Source of the DNA: a bacterium
Lineage (GTDB): Bacteria > Krumholzibacteriota > Krumholzibacteriia > LZORAL124-64-63
DNA length: 64,000 nucleotides
NCBI GenBank assembly: GCA_031441465.1
Contig: JANOEP010000016.1
Coordinates: 32,001-96,000 of the forward strand
Reading direction: 5' to 3'
The number at the start of each line of letters is the position of its first letter. Within the stretch, counting starts at the first letter, position 1. Both the position numbers and the translations under genes were made by a program. Positions 1 to 10,095 of this stretch are shown here, one piece after another. The notes under the pieces were generated by a model. It had not been told where the DNA came from, did not search any database, and saw only the letters and a list, made by a program, of their open reading frames with translations.

Positions 1-1515
1 GTCGCCTTCCTGGCGACCAGCCTCTGGTACATGCTCCACGACGGCTTCGCCAGCGATGTCGAGGCGATGGTGACCTCGGTGTCGTGGTGGGTGCAGACCG
101 GCGGTCCGCTGTACCACGCCCCGGACGCCGACCCGCAGTACAGCGCCCTCTACGGCCCGGTCGTCTACCTCGCGACGGGTTTCTGGCTCGATCTTTTAGG
201 GCCGTCGATCCTCGCCGCCAAGGTGGGCTCCCTGCTGGCGCTCTATTGTTCGGTGCTGCTGCTGTACCTCACGATCCGCCGCCTGGTTTCCAACACGCTG
301 GCCTTCGGCATGACCGCCGTCGCGCTGCTGCTCTACTGGACCTGCGGGACCTCGTCGATGCTCGTGCGCCCGGATCCCTACATCCTGGCCGCGGTCTGCC
401 TGGGGATGTACAGCGCCGGTTCGAGCCGGCGCGTGCTGGCCGTCGCCGGCACGGCCCTCGCGGTCGGGCTGGCGGTGAACCTGAAGCTCCACGCCGTGCT
501 GTACCTGCTGCCGGTGCTGACCCTGCTGGATGAGCGGCACGGGTCCCGCGCCACGCTGGCGACCCTGGGGCTCGGTGTCGCCGTCGTGCTGGCGCCGTTC
601 GCCCTGCACGACGGCATCTCGCTCTACAACTACCTGTCCTGGATCTTCATCAGCACCCATCACGGGCTGCAGCTGGGCGACTTGCCGCACCTGTTCACCC
701 GGGCCCTCTTCTTCGCCGTCCCGGTGCTCGTGCCGTTGTCGGCGGGAATCGCGCCGGCCGATCGGCCCTGGATGCGGCGCGAACTCGTCGTCGCGTGGGC
801 GGTGGGGAACCTGGTGGTGATTCTGCTGGCCACGAAACCCGGGGCCGGTCAGGTCCATCTGCTGCCGCTGATCCCCATCAACATGGTCTTCGCCGCGCGG
901 CTGTGGCCCGCTGAGGGCATGCGCGGCCTGCTCTTCCCGAACCGGCGCGCCTCCTGGCGGCTGGGCGCCGTCACGGCCTTCATGATCGCCGCGGTCGTCG
1001 CAGGTTCCGTGTCGGGCTACCGCAGCGCCCGGCTGGCCAGTTCGCGCATGATGCACTCCACGGAAATCACCGCCGACATCCGTCGCATCCTCGCCGACCA
1101 CCCCGACCGGGCCATCGGCATGGGGTACAGCGGCGGGAAGAACTACTTCCACCTGGCCAACCTCAGACCCCTGCTCACGTTCGCCGGACATCCCCTGCTG
1201 CTGGACGCCGTGTCGATCATGGACTTCCGCCGCGCCCACCGTGAGTTCCCGGAAGCCACCCTCCACGCCCTCGACACCGGCGTCATCGACCTCTGGCTCG
1301 TGCCGCGCGGACGGCCGCCGTTCCGGCTCGCGAGCTGGTACCCGCCCCACGACGACATCTTCTCCGACGAGATCCGCGCCCGTTTCGCCGCCCATTACCG
1401 GCTGGAGGGCAGCTCGGAGTTCTTCGACCTGTGGGGATGGGACCGGTCCGCGGCCCTGGACGGGGTGCTCGTGCAGGGGGGCGCCGTGGCGCCGGAGATC
1501 ACCGGCACCGAGTGA
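1..1515 (+). CDS. Polytopic membrane protein, probable GT-C (ArnT/PMT-like) glycosyltransferase; 5' end outside window
   Basis: Frame open from base 1; many hydrophobic helices; loop LYHAPD..YSALYGPVVY, VRPD and NLKLH motifs typical of GT-C enzymes. Confidence 0.55.
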   Translation, partial: VAFLATSLWYMLHDGFASDVEAMVTSVSWWVQTGGPLYHAPDADPQYSALYGPVVYLATGFWLDLLGPSILAAKVGSLLALYCSVLLLYLTIRRLVSNTLAFGMTAVALLLYWTCGTSSMLVRPDPYILAAVCLGMYSAGSSRRVLAVAGTALAVGLAVNLKLHAVLYLLPVLTLLDERHGSRATLATLGLGVAVVLAPFALHDGISLYNYLSWIFISTHHGLQLGDLPHLFTRALFFAVPVLVPLSAGIAPADRPWMRRELVVAWAVGNLVVILLATKPGAGQVHLLPLIPINMVFAARLWPAEGMRGLLFPNRRASWRLGAVTAFMIAAVVAGSVSGYRSARLASSRMMHSTEITADIRRILADHPDRAIGMGYSGGKNYFHLANLRPLLTFAGHPLLLDAVSIMDFRRAHREFPEATLHALDTGVIDLWLVPRGRPPFRLASWYPPHDDIFSDEIRARFAAHYRLEGSSEFFDLWGWDRSAALDGVLVQGGAVAPEITGTE

Positions 1516-1534
1516 CCGTCGAGAACAGCCGCCC

Positions 1535-2503
1535 TCACGGCGCCCGGGAGCCGGCCTTGGCGTCGTTCCTGGCGATGAAGCGCGTCATCACGATCCAGGT
1601 GATCCAGCCGATGAGTATCATGCCCACCGTGAACAGCCCGTAGGAGAGCCGCCAGTCGAACCTGCCGGTCATCATGCTCCACTCCGACATGCCGCCGATG
1701 CTGGCGATCAGGTTGAGCGGCAGGAACACGATGTTGATCAGGGTGAGGTTCTTGAGCAGAACGTTCATGTTGTTGTTGACGATCGTGCCGCGGGCGTCCA
1801 TGAGCCCGCTGAGGACCGAGCTGTAGATGTGAGCCTGCCGCGACGCCTGCTTGTTTTCAAGGACGATGTCGTCCAGCAGTTCGATGTGCGACTCGGACAT
1901 GCCCAGCCGGATGGCCGCGTTGCGGAGCTTGGTGAGGACGGCGCCATTGCCCTCGATGGCGTCGCTGTAGTAGACGAGGCTCTCTCCCAGGGCGAACATC
2001 TGGAGAAGATAACGATTCTCCATCGATACGGTGATCTTGCGCTCCAGGTCGCTGCTGATCTGCTTGATGACCCGTAGATGCTCGACGTAGTGGTGGATGG
2101 TGCGCAGCAGCGCTCCCAGCAGGACGTCGGCGGGGGTGTGGGCATTGCGGAACTCCCTGGCGGCGAACTGCATCATGCCGTCGCTCATCACGAACGCCAC
2201 CCGGTTCCCCGTCAGGATGATACCGACCGAGTACACGCCCAGCTGGCTGGGGTCCTGGCCCTGGGCGTTTTTAGGCGCCTTCCACACGATGAAGGTGTTG
2301 TTGCCGTCGATCTCGAGGCGCGCAACCTCCTCGGTGTCGAGCGCCGAGTCCAGGTCGTAGGGGTCCAGGTCGTATTCCTGAAGAATCTGCGCCTTTTCGC
2401 GCTCGTCCGGCGCCGTGAAGACGTGGAGGTTGGCGTCGTCCCCGGAGGACTCGAGGATCCCCCGCGCTTGATCGATGACATAGCGAGTGTGCATCTTCTC
2501 CAT
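1535..2503 (-). CDS. corA: CorA-family Mg2+/divalent cation transporter
   Basis: Soluble N-domain; NNNMNVLLKNLT..IVFLPLNLIASIGGMSE (GMN-like signature) and two C-terminal TM helices; GGAGG RBS. Confidence 0.85.
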   Translation of the reverse strand: MEKMHTRYVIDQARGILESSGDDANLHVFTAPDEREKAQILQEYDLDPYDLDSALDTEEVARLEIDGNNTFIVWKAPKNAQGQDPSQLGVYSVGIILTGNRVAFVMSDGMMQFAAREFRNAHTPADVLLGALLRTIHHYVEHLRVIKQISSDLERKITVSMENRYLLQMFALGESLVYYSDAIEGNGAVLTKLRNAAIRLGMSESHIELLDDIVLENKQASRQAHIYSSVLSGLMDARGTIVNNNMNVLLKNLTLINIVFLPLNLIASIGGMSEWSMMTGRFDWRLSYGLFTVGMILIGWITWIVMTRFIARNDAKAGSRAP

Positions 2504-2677
2504 CCTCCCGGTGGCGGGTGGTCCGGACGACCGACGGCCGGCGACGGCGCGGACTTCAGGGCGGAAGGATAGGCCCGCCGGCGGGGAATCACAACGACGG
2601 AGGCGTCCCGGCCGTCGCGGCGCGGATGGTGGACTCCACGCCTTCGACCGGGCCGCGGCGAACGGACACCCGGCGGC

Positions 2678-2977
2678 CTAAGGCTTCTCCATCTCGCGGC
2701 GGTAGGCGTCCCTGGCTTCGGAGACCGCTCCGCGGGCCGCATCGACCCGCCGGCGGACCGCGCCGTTCACGTCCTGCCCCTTCTCCCGAACATCGTCCTC
2801 CAGCGAGGCCGCGGCCTGATTCACCGCGTCCCGTCCCCGCCGGAGTCCGCTGCTGCCGCCCTCGCGCAGCCGCCGCCGCGTGTTCTCTCCCTTGTCCGGC
2901 GCCAGCAGCAACGCGGTGATGCCGCCCACCGCGGCGCCCAGCACGAACGCCAGCAGCGTATTGGTATTGCGTGACAT
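2678..2977 (-). CDS. YtxH domain-containing protein
   Basis: FVLGAAVGGITALLLAPDKGENTRRRL signature. Confidence 0.85.
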   Translation of the reverse strand: MSRNTNTLLAFVLGAAVGGITALLLAPDKGENTRRRLREGGSSGLRRGRDAVNQAAASLEDDVREKGQDVNGAVRRRVDAARGAVSEARDAYRREMEKP

Positions 2978-2978
2978 G

Positions 2979-3416
2979 TCAGCCTCGACTTTCTTCGTCG
3001 TACTCGATTTCGGACCGTGACTCTACGTCCGGCTCGCGCCCGCGATCGCGCCAGGCGAGCAGGCCGGTCTTGACCGCGACCGCGACCGCCCGCGCCTGGC
3101 TGACCAGTCGGGTGAGGTCGGACACCTCGGTGATGATGGGCTGGACGGCGACCCGCAGCCCCGTGGTCACGCTCTCGGCGTGGCCGGCGATGCGGTTCAT
3201 CTTCTCGCTGATGCCGCGCAATTCGACGAGTTCCGTTTCCAGGCCGTCCAGGATGCGGTCGATCTTCGGGCGGCTCGTCTCCAGGAACTGCGCGGTGCCG
3301 TCCAGCCGCTCGATGAGCGGACGCAGGCGGATCAGGGTGCGGATCAGGAACACCGCGGACGTCACCACGGCGGCGACGACGACGGTTGTCATGAAATACA
3401 GGAACGTGTGGTTCAT
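2979..3416 (-). CDS. DUF948/YtxG-like membrane-anchored coiled-coil protein
   Basis: N-terminal TM helix then amphipathic helices; directly upstream of ytxH-like gene; GGAGG RBS. Confidence 0.6.
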   Translation of the reverse strand: MNHTFLYFMTTVVVAAVVTSAVFLIRTLIRLRPLIERLDGTAQFLETSRPKIDRILDGLETELVELRGISEKMNRIAGHAESVTTGLRVAVQPIITEVSDLTRLVSQARAVAVAVKTGLLAWRDRGREPDVESRSEIEYDEESRG

Positions 3417-3468
3417 CTGCGCCTCCCCGGCCGAATGTCCGGCTCCGGTCCACCATCACCGTACGCGT

Positions 3469-3972
3469 CTACTTGCTGCCGCGCACCACCATCAGGTCGA
3501 GATCCTCCCGCAGGCTCTGCAGGTCCTCCTCGTGCTCGATCTCCTGCTCGAGGATCGCCAGCGCCAGGTTGTACGTCACCATGTCCTTGTCCTTGGTGGC
3601 GTCCATCAGGGCCTTGTACGTGGTGATCGCGCACTGCTCGCCCGCGATGTTCTGGTCGAGCAGGACGGCCACGTAGGGGTCCTCCGGCGCGTCGTACTTG
3701 CAGGGGCTCAGCTTGGCCCAGCCCTCGGGCGTGAGCACCGGCGTGCCGCCGAGCTGGATGATGCGGCCGGACAGCATGATGGCGTGGTTCAGCTCCTCGG
3801 TGGCGTGCAGGTTGAGTTCCGCCGCCACGGCGTCCTTCATCGGCCCCTTGATGAGCTTCGCGCCGAGCCAGTACTGGTAGTAGGCCAGCCACTCGCTCGC
3901 GTAGGCCCGGTTCAGCAGGTCCAGGAGATGATCGACGTCCATGCCGATGATCTCGCGTCCGCGTGTTCCCAT
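3469..3972 (-). CDS. Ferritin-like DPS-like (DPSL)/bacterioferritin-related protein
   Basis: LNRAYASEWLAYYQYW, EELNH, GEQCAI..Y, EIEHEEDL di-iron motifs; GGAGG RBS before ATG 3972. Confidence 0.85.
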   Translation of the reverse strand: MGTRGREIIGMDVDHLLDLLNRAYASEWLAYYQYWLGAKLIKGPMKDAVAAELNLHATEELNHAIMLSGRIIQLGGTPVLTPEGWAKLSPCKYDAPEDPYVAVLLDQNIAGEQCAITTYKALMDATKDKDMVTYNLALAILEQEIEHEEDLQSLREDLDLMVVRGSK

Positions 3973-4025
3973 GTTCGCCTCCCTGGTCGGCGGTCGTCCG
4001 CCGTTCGTGTTGCCCGAAGCCGGGG

Positions 4026-5489
4026 TCACCCGTTATCCGGTACCTCGTTCATCGGAATGCCCAGCGCCGCGGCCACGCCCTCGCCGTAGGCCGGGTCGGC
4101 CCGCCGGCAGTTGCCGACGTGGCGGAGCTTGATCTCCCGCGGCGCGTCGCCCATGGCCCGGGCGGTGTTCTCGAAGAGCACCCGCTGCTGCGCGGCGCTC
4201 ATCAGCCGGAAGAGCAGACCCGGTTGCGAGTAGTAGTCGTCGTCCTCGCGGTGGTTCCAGTGGTCGGCGGCTCCATCGAGGCTAAGCGGCGGCTCGGCGA
4301 AGTCCGGCTGCTGCTGCCACTCGCCGTAGCTGTTGGGCTCGTAGCCGAGCGTGCCGCCGTGGTTGCCGTCGACCCGCATGGCGCCGTCGCGGTGGTAGCT
4401 GTGGAAGGGGCAGCGCGACGCGTTCACCGGGATCAGGTGGTGGTTGACGCCGAGGCGGTAGCGCTGGGCGTCGCCGTAGGAGAACAACCGTCCCTGCAGC
4501 ATCTTGTCCGGCGAGAAGCCGATGCCGGGCACGATGTTGGCGGGGTTGAAGGCCGCCTGCTCCACCTCGGCGAAGTAGTTCTCGGGGTTGCGGTTCAGCT
4601 CCAGGACGCCCACCTCGTGCAGCGGGTAGTCCTTCTTGAACCACACCTTCGTCAGGTCGAACGGGTTGTAGGGGCACGTTGCGGCGCCCTGCTCGGGCAT
4701 CAGCTGGACGAACAGCTTCCAGCGGGGGAAGTCGCCCTTCTCGATGCTCTCGTACAGGTCGCGCTGGTTGCTCTCGCGGCACATGCCGACGATCGCCTCG
4801 GCCTCGGCGTCGGTCAGGTTCTTGACGCCCTGCTGGCTCACCAGGTGGAACTTGACCCAGGTCCGCTCGTTCGCCGTGTTGAGGAAGCTGAAGGTGTGGC
4901 TGCCGAAGCCGTGCATGTGGCGGTAGGAGTAGGGGATGCCGCGGTCGCTCATGGTGATGGTGACCTGGTGCAGCGCCTCGGGCAGCGAGGTCCAGAAGTC
5001 CCAGTTGTTGCGGGCGCTGCGCAGGTTGGTGCGCGGGTCGCGCTTCACCGCGTGGTTGAGGTCCGGGAACTTCATGGGGTCGCGCAGGAAGAACACCGGC
5101 GTGTTGTTGCCGACGAGGTCCCAGTTGCCCTCCTCGGTGTAGAACTTGATCGCGAAACCGCGGATGTCGCGCTCGGCGTCGGCCGCACCGCGTTCGCCGG
5201 CCACCGTCGAGAAGCGCACGAAGAGGTCGGTCTTCTTGCCGACGGCCGAGAAGAGCTTCGCCTTGGTGTGTTGGCTGATGTCGTGGGTGACCGTGAAGGC
5301 GCCGAAGGCCCCCGAACCCTTGGCGTGCATGCGGCGCTCGGGGATCACTTCGCGGTCGAAGTGGGCGAGCTTCTCCAGGTACCACACGTCCTGCAGCAGC
5401 GCCGGTCCGTGCGGCCCCGCGGTCATGATGTTCTGGTTGTCGACGACGGGAGCGCCGGCGTTGGTGGTCAATTTGTTCTTCTTCGTCAT
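4026..5489 (-). CDS. katA: Monofunctional small-subunit heme catalase
   Basis: [15 protein letters not shown] active site, VGNNTP, RLFSYGD heme-ligand motif; start MTKKNKL overlaps upstream stop. Confidence 0.97.
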   Translation of the reverse strand: MTKKNKLTTNAGAPVVDNQNIMTAGPHGPALLQDVWYLEKLAHFDREVIPERRMHAKGSGAFGAFTVTHDISQHTKAKLFSAVGKKTDLFVRFSTVAGERGAADAERDIRGFAIKFYTEEGNWDLVGNNTPVFFLRDPMKFPDLNHAVKRDPRTNLRSARNNWDFWTSLPEALHQVTITMSDRGIPYSYRHMHGFGSHTFSFLNTANERTWVKFHLVSQQGVKNLTDAEAEAIVGMCRESNQRDLYESIEKGDFPRWKLFVQLMPEQGAATCPYNPFDLTKVWFKKDYPLHEVGVLELNRNPENYFAEVEQAAFNPANIVPGIGFSPDKMLQGRLFSYGDAQRYRLGVNHHLIPVNASRCPFHSYHRDGAMRVDGNHGGTLGYEPNSYGEWQQQPDFAEPPLSLDGAADHWNHREDDDYYSQPGLLFRLMSAAQQRVLFENTARAMGDAPREIKLRHVGNCRRADPAYGEGVAAALGIPMNEVPDNG

Positions 5490-5989
5490 GTCTCTCTCCT
5501 TGCTTCCTGTCCCGGCGGGGGGGTGACGGCGGGCTGCGCCGCGGCGGTGCTCGCGGCGCAATGTTCGCAGACGCCGCGCACCTCGACGCGCGCGGCGACG
5601 ATGCTGCCGAAGGCCGCCACGGGATCGGGGATGCGCAGCGCATCCAGTTCGGCGCTCGTGAAGTCCCGCGCCAAGCCGCAGCGCAGGCAAACGTAATGGT
5701 GGTGGCGATCGAGGTTGGCGTCGAAGCGAACGCTTTCGCGGCGCGGCCCGAGCGTGGTGACCAACCCGAGGTCGTTGAGCAGCCACAGCGTCCGGTACAC
5801 GGTGTCGAGCGACACCGTCGGCATCCGGGACTGGACGGCGCGGAACACGGTCTCGGCGTCCGGGTGCTCCTCGCTCGCGGCGACCTCCCGGAAGATCTCC
5901 AGGCGCTGGTGCGTCAGCTTGACGCCCGCCGCCCTGGCGAGCGTCTGGAATCTTTCCAGCCGGCGTGTGATTTCGGCGTCATCGATCAT
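5486..5989 (-). CDS. perR: Fur-family peroxide regulator (PerR-like)
   Basis: [29 protein letters not shown] and CEHC motifs; translationally coupled to catalase. Confidence 0.8.
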   Translation of the reverse strand: MIDDAEITRRLERFQTLARAAGVKLTHQRLEIFREVAASEEHPDAETVFRAVQSRMPTVSLDTVYRTLWLLNDLGLVTTLGPRRESVRFDANLDRHHHYVCLRCGLARDFTSAELDALRIPDPVAAFGSIVAARVEVRGVCEHCAASTAAAQPAVTPPPGQEARRET

Positions 5990-5991
5990 GT

Positions 5992-6037
5992 CAGATAATT
6001 CCTATCTGCAAATAAACATCAAGTAGGAATATATCTG
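5992..6037. promoter_or_regulatory. Putative PerR/Fur operator pair
   Basis: Palindrome CAGATA-ATTCC-TATCTG (5992-6008) and a related copy AAGTAGGAATATATCTG (6021-6037) in the AT-rich perR/VIT1 divergent gap. Confidence 0.5.
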
Positions 6038-6158
6038 CATATATGATAGACGTCAAGCACCGGATGATTGGGCGCCTCCACCTTGACCCGACCGGCCTCG
6101 GTTGTGATTATATTGAGAAGCGGTTGTCAGCCATGCCGTATCCCGACGAGAGGCAGCC

Positions 6159-6845
6159 ATGCACGGCGAAAAGCACCGCACCGACCGGATCGGCTGGTTG
6201 CGCGCCGCCGTCCTGGGCGCCAACGACGGCCTCATTTCCACGAGCAGTCTGGTGGTGGGGGTGGCCGCGGCCGCACCGGAACGAGCGGCCATCCTGGTCG
6301 CGGCCGTCGCGGGCCTCGCCGCCGGCACCCTCTCGATGGCGGCCGGCGAGTACGTCTCGGTCAGTTCCCAGGCGGACACCGAACGGGCGGATCTCGCCCG
6401 TGAGCACGGTGAACTCGTCGATTCGCCGGAGGCCGAGCGGGAAGAGCTGGCCGGGATCTATGTCGGCCGCGGCCTCAGCCCGGATCTCGCGCTGCAGGTC
6501 GCGGACCAGCTTACGGCCCACGACGCGCTCGGCGCCCACGCCCGGGACGAACTCGGCATCCACGAGGCGACCAGGGCGCGGCCGTTCCAGGCGGCCGTCG
6601 CCTCCGCCGCCGCCTTCGCGGCGGGGGCGGCTCCCCCGGCGCTGCTGGCCGCGGTCGTCCCGGTCGAATTCCTCACGCCGGGCGTGGTGGCCGTGACCCT
6701 GGCCCTCTTGCTCGTGCTCGGGGCCGTGGCGGCTCGCCTCGGCGGCGCCGCGATCGTCCGCGGGGCCCTGCGGGTCGCATTCTGGGGTGCGGTGGCCATG
6801 GCGTGCACGGCCGCGGTCGGGAGGCTGTTCGGTGCGGTCGTTTAG
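6159..6845 (+). CDS. VIT1/CCC1 family iron/manganese transporter
   Basis: WLRAAVLGANDGLIS, SMAAGEYVSVSSQAD, AHARDELG motifs. Confidence 0.93.
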   Translation: MHGEKHRTDRIGWLRAAVLGANDGLISTSSLVVGVAAAAPERAAILVAAVAGLAAGTLSMAAGEYVSVSSQADTERADLAREHGELVDSPEAEREELAGIYVGRGLSPDLALQVADQLTAHDALGAHARDELGIHEATRARPFQAAVASAAAFAAGAAPPALLAAVVPVEFLTPGVVAVTLALLLVLGAVAARLGGAAIVRGALRVAFWGAVAMACTAAVGRLFGAVV

Positions 6846-6874
6846 CTGAATCTATCGAACAGGGGGGGGATTCC

Positions 6875-7255
6875 ATGGCTACCAAGATCAAAATCGTCAC
6901 GACTGGAGATTTTCTGGAGATCACCCCGGAGGGGGTCATCGACATGACCACGAGCCGGCAGCTGCTCGTGGACATCGCCAAGGCGGACCGCCACCCGGTG
7001 GACTTCGATCTGCTGATCGATTTCCGGGACACGCAGTGGCGCATGTCGATGTTCGACCTGTACCAGCTCGCGTCGGAGCTGTTCAAGCACGGCGACACCT
7101 TCCGCCGGAAGGTAGCGCTGCTCGTGCACGAGGGCGAAACGTTCGATTCCGCGGCGTTTCTCGAGACGTGCTCGCACAACCGCGGCTTTTCCGTCGACGC
7201 GTTCACGGATTTCGAAAGCGCCATGCGATGGTTCCTGATTCCGGAAGACATCTAG
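6875..7255 (+). CDS. Hypothetical protein (STAS/SpoIIAA-like alpha/beta fold)
   Basis: LLIDFRD, KVALLV, C-terminal AFTDFESAMRWF pattern; G-rich RBS. Confidence 0.5.
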   Translation: MATKIKIVTTGDFLEITPEGVIDMTTSRQLLVDIAKADRHPVDFDLLIDFRDTQWRMSMFDLYQLASELFKHGDTFRRKVALLVHEGETFDSAAFLETCSHNRGFSVDAFTDFESAMRWFLIPEDI

Positions 7256-7343
7256 GACGCCGTCGGCCCGCCGTGGCTCTTTCCGACGTTCATGAATATC
7301 GTTGGTGGTCTGGTCGTCGCGCAAATCGATTCGAGGATGGAAC

Positions 7344-7883
7344 ATGGCGCGGAACATCGAAATCAAAGCCCGCCTCGAGAGCGTCTCGGCGCTGCTGCCG
7401 CGCGTCGCCGCGATGGCGACCGGCGGCCCGGTGGACATCGACCAGGACGACACGTTCTTCGACTGCGGCAACGGCCGGCTGAAGCTGCGCGCGTTCTCGG
7501 CCGACAGCGGCGAACTCATCTTCTACCGGCGTGTGGATCAGCAGGGTCCGAAGGAATCGTTCTACCTGATCTCGCCGACGTCCGCGCCGGGCGATCTGCG
7601 GCGATTGTTGGCGCTGGCGTACGGCGAGGCCGGCAGGGTCCGGAAGAGCCGCACGGTTTTCCTGGTCGGCCGCACGCGCGTGCACCTGGACCGCGTCAGG
7701 GGTCTCGGGGACTTCCTGGAGCTGGAAGTCGTCCTGCGCGACGACGAGGACGCCGCGGCCGGGATCAACGAGGCGCGCGCGCTGATGGACCTCCTGGGCG
7801 TCCATCCGGCGCAGCTGGTCGAGGGCGCCTACGTCGATCTCATCGCCGAGCGGCACGCCTGCGAGTTCGACGGAGGAGGATGA
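7344..7883 (+). CDS. CYTH domain protein (class IV adenylate cyclase-like)
   Basis: NIEIKAR, QDDTFF, LKLR, VRKSR, HLDRV.GLGDFLELEV. Confidence 0.9.
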   Translation: MARNIEIKARLESVSALLPRVAAMATGGPVDIDQDDTFFDCGNGRLKLRAFSADSGELIFYRRVDQQGPKESFYLISPTSAPGDLRRLLALAYGEAGRVRKSRTVFLVGRTRVHLDRVRGLGDFLELEVVLRDDEDAAAGINEARALMDLLGVHPAQLVEGAYVDLIAERHACEFDGGG

Positions 7884-7884
7884 C

Positions 7885-8583
7885 GTGATCGAGATCATCA
7901 CCGCCGACCGGCGCCATTTCTCCGACGCCGGCTGGCTGAAATCCTACTGGCTCTTCTCGTTCTCCGACTACCACGACCCGCGGAACGTGCGCTTCGGGAC
8001 GCTGCGCGTGTTCAACGACGACGTCATCGAGCCCGGCACGGGATTCCCGATGCACCCCCACCGGAACATGGAGATCGTGACGGTGGTGCTCGCGGGCGAG
8101 ATGACCCACCAGGACAGCCTGGGGAACCGGACCGTGATCCGGGCGGGCGACGTGCAGCGCATGTCCGCTGGGGCGGGGCTGACCCACTCCGAATTCAACC
8201 TGTCCGCGGAACCCGTCCACATCCATCAGATCTGGATCTTCCCGGAGCGCAAGGGCCTGACGCCGTCGTACGATCAGAAGACCCCCGCGGCCGCGGACCG
8301 GCTGAACCGCCTGCAACCCGTCGCCGCGGGCCGGGACACCCCGGGAGCCGTCACCCTGCACACCGACGCCACCATCTTCCTGTGCACCCTGGAGACCGGC
8401 AGGACGGTCGCGCACGAGGCCGCCGCGACGCGGCTGACCTTCATCTATGTGACGGCGGGCCGTCTCGCTGTCGACGGCCGGGAACTGGCGACGGGGGACC
8501 AGGCCCGCCTCGATCTTGCGGGAACGCTGCGGTGCGAAGCCCGGGAGCGCTGCGAGTTCGTGCTGATCGACGTGCCCTCGTGA
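7885..8583 (+). CDS. Pirin family protein (YhhW-like)
   Basis: LRVFNDD, GFPMHPHRNMEIVT, HQDSLGN, MSAGAGLTHSE. Confidence 0.93.
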   Translation: MIEIITADRRHFSDAGWLKSYWLFSFSDYHDPRNVRFGTLRVFNDDVIEPGTGFPMHPHRNMEIVTVVLAGEMTHQDSLGNRTVIRAGDVQRMSAGAGLTHSEFNLSAEPVHIHQIWIFPERKGLTPSYDQKTPAAADRLNRLQPVAAGRDTPGAVTLHTDATIFLCTLETGRTVAHEAAATRLTFIYVTAGRLAVDGRELATGDQARLDLAGTLRCEARERCEFVLIDVPS

Positions 8584-8597
8584 TGGAAGTGGGGCGC

Positions 8598-10088
8598 ATG
8601 ACGAGTCCGGCCGCGACCGACGACATGACGGCCCCTCGGGAGCCCCTCATCCTGCTGACCGGCGCCAGCGGCTATGTCGGCGGGCGGCTGTTGAAGCTGC
8701 TGGAGGACCAGGGGCGCCGCGTCCGCTGCCTGGCCAGGCGGCCGGAGATCCTCGCGCCGAAGGTCGGGCCCGGGACCGAAATCGTCGCCGGCGACGTCCT
8801 GGAACAGGCGAGTCTCGACGCGGCCATGCGCGGGGTCCGTGCGGCCTACTACCTGGTGCATTCGATGGGGTCGACGGGTTCGTTCGAGATCGAGGACCGC
8901 GCGGCGGCGCTGAATTTCGGGCAGGCGGCGCTGGCGGCTGGCGTGGAGCGCATCGTCTACCTGGGCGGGCTGGGCAGCGACGAGGAGGAACTCTCGCCGC
9001 ACCTGCGCAGCCGGCAGGAGGTCGGGCGGATCCTGCAGCAGTCGGGGGTGCCGGTGCTGGAGTTCCGCGCGTCGATCGTCATCGGCTCCGGCAGCCTCTC
9101 CTTCGAGATGATCCGCTCGCTGGTGGAGCGGTTGCCGGTCATGATCACGCCGAAGTGGGTCAAGGTGCCCGCGCAGCCCATCGCGATCGACGACCTGCTG
9201 GAGTATCTGGCGGCGGCGCTCGAGCTGCCCGTCTCCGCCTGCCGGGTGTACGAGATCGGCGGCGCCGACCGGGTGTCCTACGCGGACATCATGCGCGTCT
9301 ACGCCCGACAGCGGGGGCTGCGGCGGCCGATGATTCCGGTGCCGGTGCTGACCCCGTACCTGTCCAGCCTGTGGCTGGGGCTGATCACGCCGCTGTACGC
9401 GCGCATCGGCCGCAAACTCATCGAGAGCATCGTCCACCCCACGGTGGTGCGGGACGACGCCGCGCGCACCGTCTTCGCCGTGCGGCCGGTGGGCGTCGAG
9501 GAGGCCGTGCGCCGGGCTTTCGCCAGCGAGGAACGCCACTACGCGGCAACGCGCTGGTCCGACGCCCTGTCTTCGTCGGGGGCGCAGCCGACGTGGGGCG
9601 GCGTGCAGTTCGGCTCGCGGCTGGTCGATTCGCGGACCCTGAACGTGCCCGTCCCGTCCGCGGCCGCCTTCCGGCCCATCGAGAGGATCGGCGGCGTGAC
9701 GGGCTGGTACGCGTGGAACTGGCTGTGGCGGTGGCGTGGCTTCCTCGACCTGCTCGTCGGGGGCGTGGGACTGCGGCGGGGACGGCCGTCGCCGCCGACC
9801 CTGCGCGTGGGCGACACGGTCGACTGGTGGCGCGTCGAAGCGCTCGAACCGGGCCGCCGCCTGCGTCTCGCCGCCGAGATGAAACTGCCGGGACGGGCGT
9901 GGCTGGAGTTCGAGGTCACGCCCGACGGTCCGGGCGCGACGATCCGGCAGACCGCGATCTTTGATCCCGTGGGTTTGTTCGGCAGGGCCTACTGGTACGC
10001 GCTCTATCCCGTGCACCAGCTGGTGTTCGGGGGTATGCTCAGAGGGATCGCGCGGGCGGCCCTGCGTCACGAAACGAATGACGGATGA
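8598..10088 (+). CDS. SDR-like NAD(P)-binding oxidoreductase with DUF2867 (YbjT-like)
   Basis: TGASGYVG Rossmann motif, YYLVHSM, HLRSR, C-terminal AEMKLPGRAWLEF; alternative start 8583. Confidence 0.88.
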   Translation: MTSPAATDDMTAPREPLILLTGASGYVGGRLLKLLEDQGRRVRCLARRPEILAPKVGPGTEIVAGDVLEQASLDAAMRGVRAAYYLVHSMGSTGSFEIEDRAAALNFGQAALAAGVERIVYLGGLGSDEEELSPHLRSRQEVGRILQQSGVPVLEFRASIVIGSGSLSFEMIRSLVERLPVMITPKWVKVPAQPIAIDDLLEYLAAALELPVSACRVYEIGGADRVSYADIMRVYARQRGLRRPMIPVPVLTPYLSSLWLGLITPLYARIGRKLIESIVHPTVVRDDAARTVFAVRPVGVEEAVRRAFASEERHYAATRWSDALSSSGAQPTWGGVQFGSRLVDSRTLNVPVPSAAAFRPIERIGGVTGWYAWNWLWRWRGFLDLLVGGVGLRRGRPSPPTLRVGDTVDWWRVEALEPGRRLRLAAEMKLPGRAWLEFEVTPDGPGATIRQTAIFDPVGLFGRAYWYALYPVHQLVFGGMLRGIARAALRHETNDG

Positions 10089-10095
10089 GGTGCCC

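Noticed and set aside
2504..2677. Possible Mg2+/metal riboswitch upstream of corA
   Set aside because: No M-box or NiCo consensus recognised by eye; an Infernal/Rfam search would be needed
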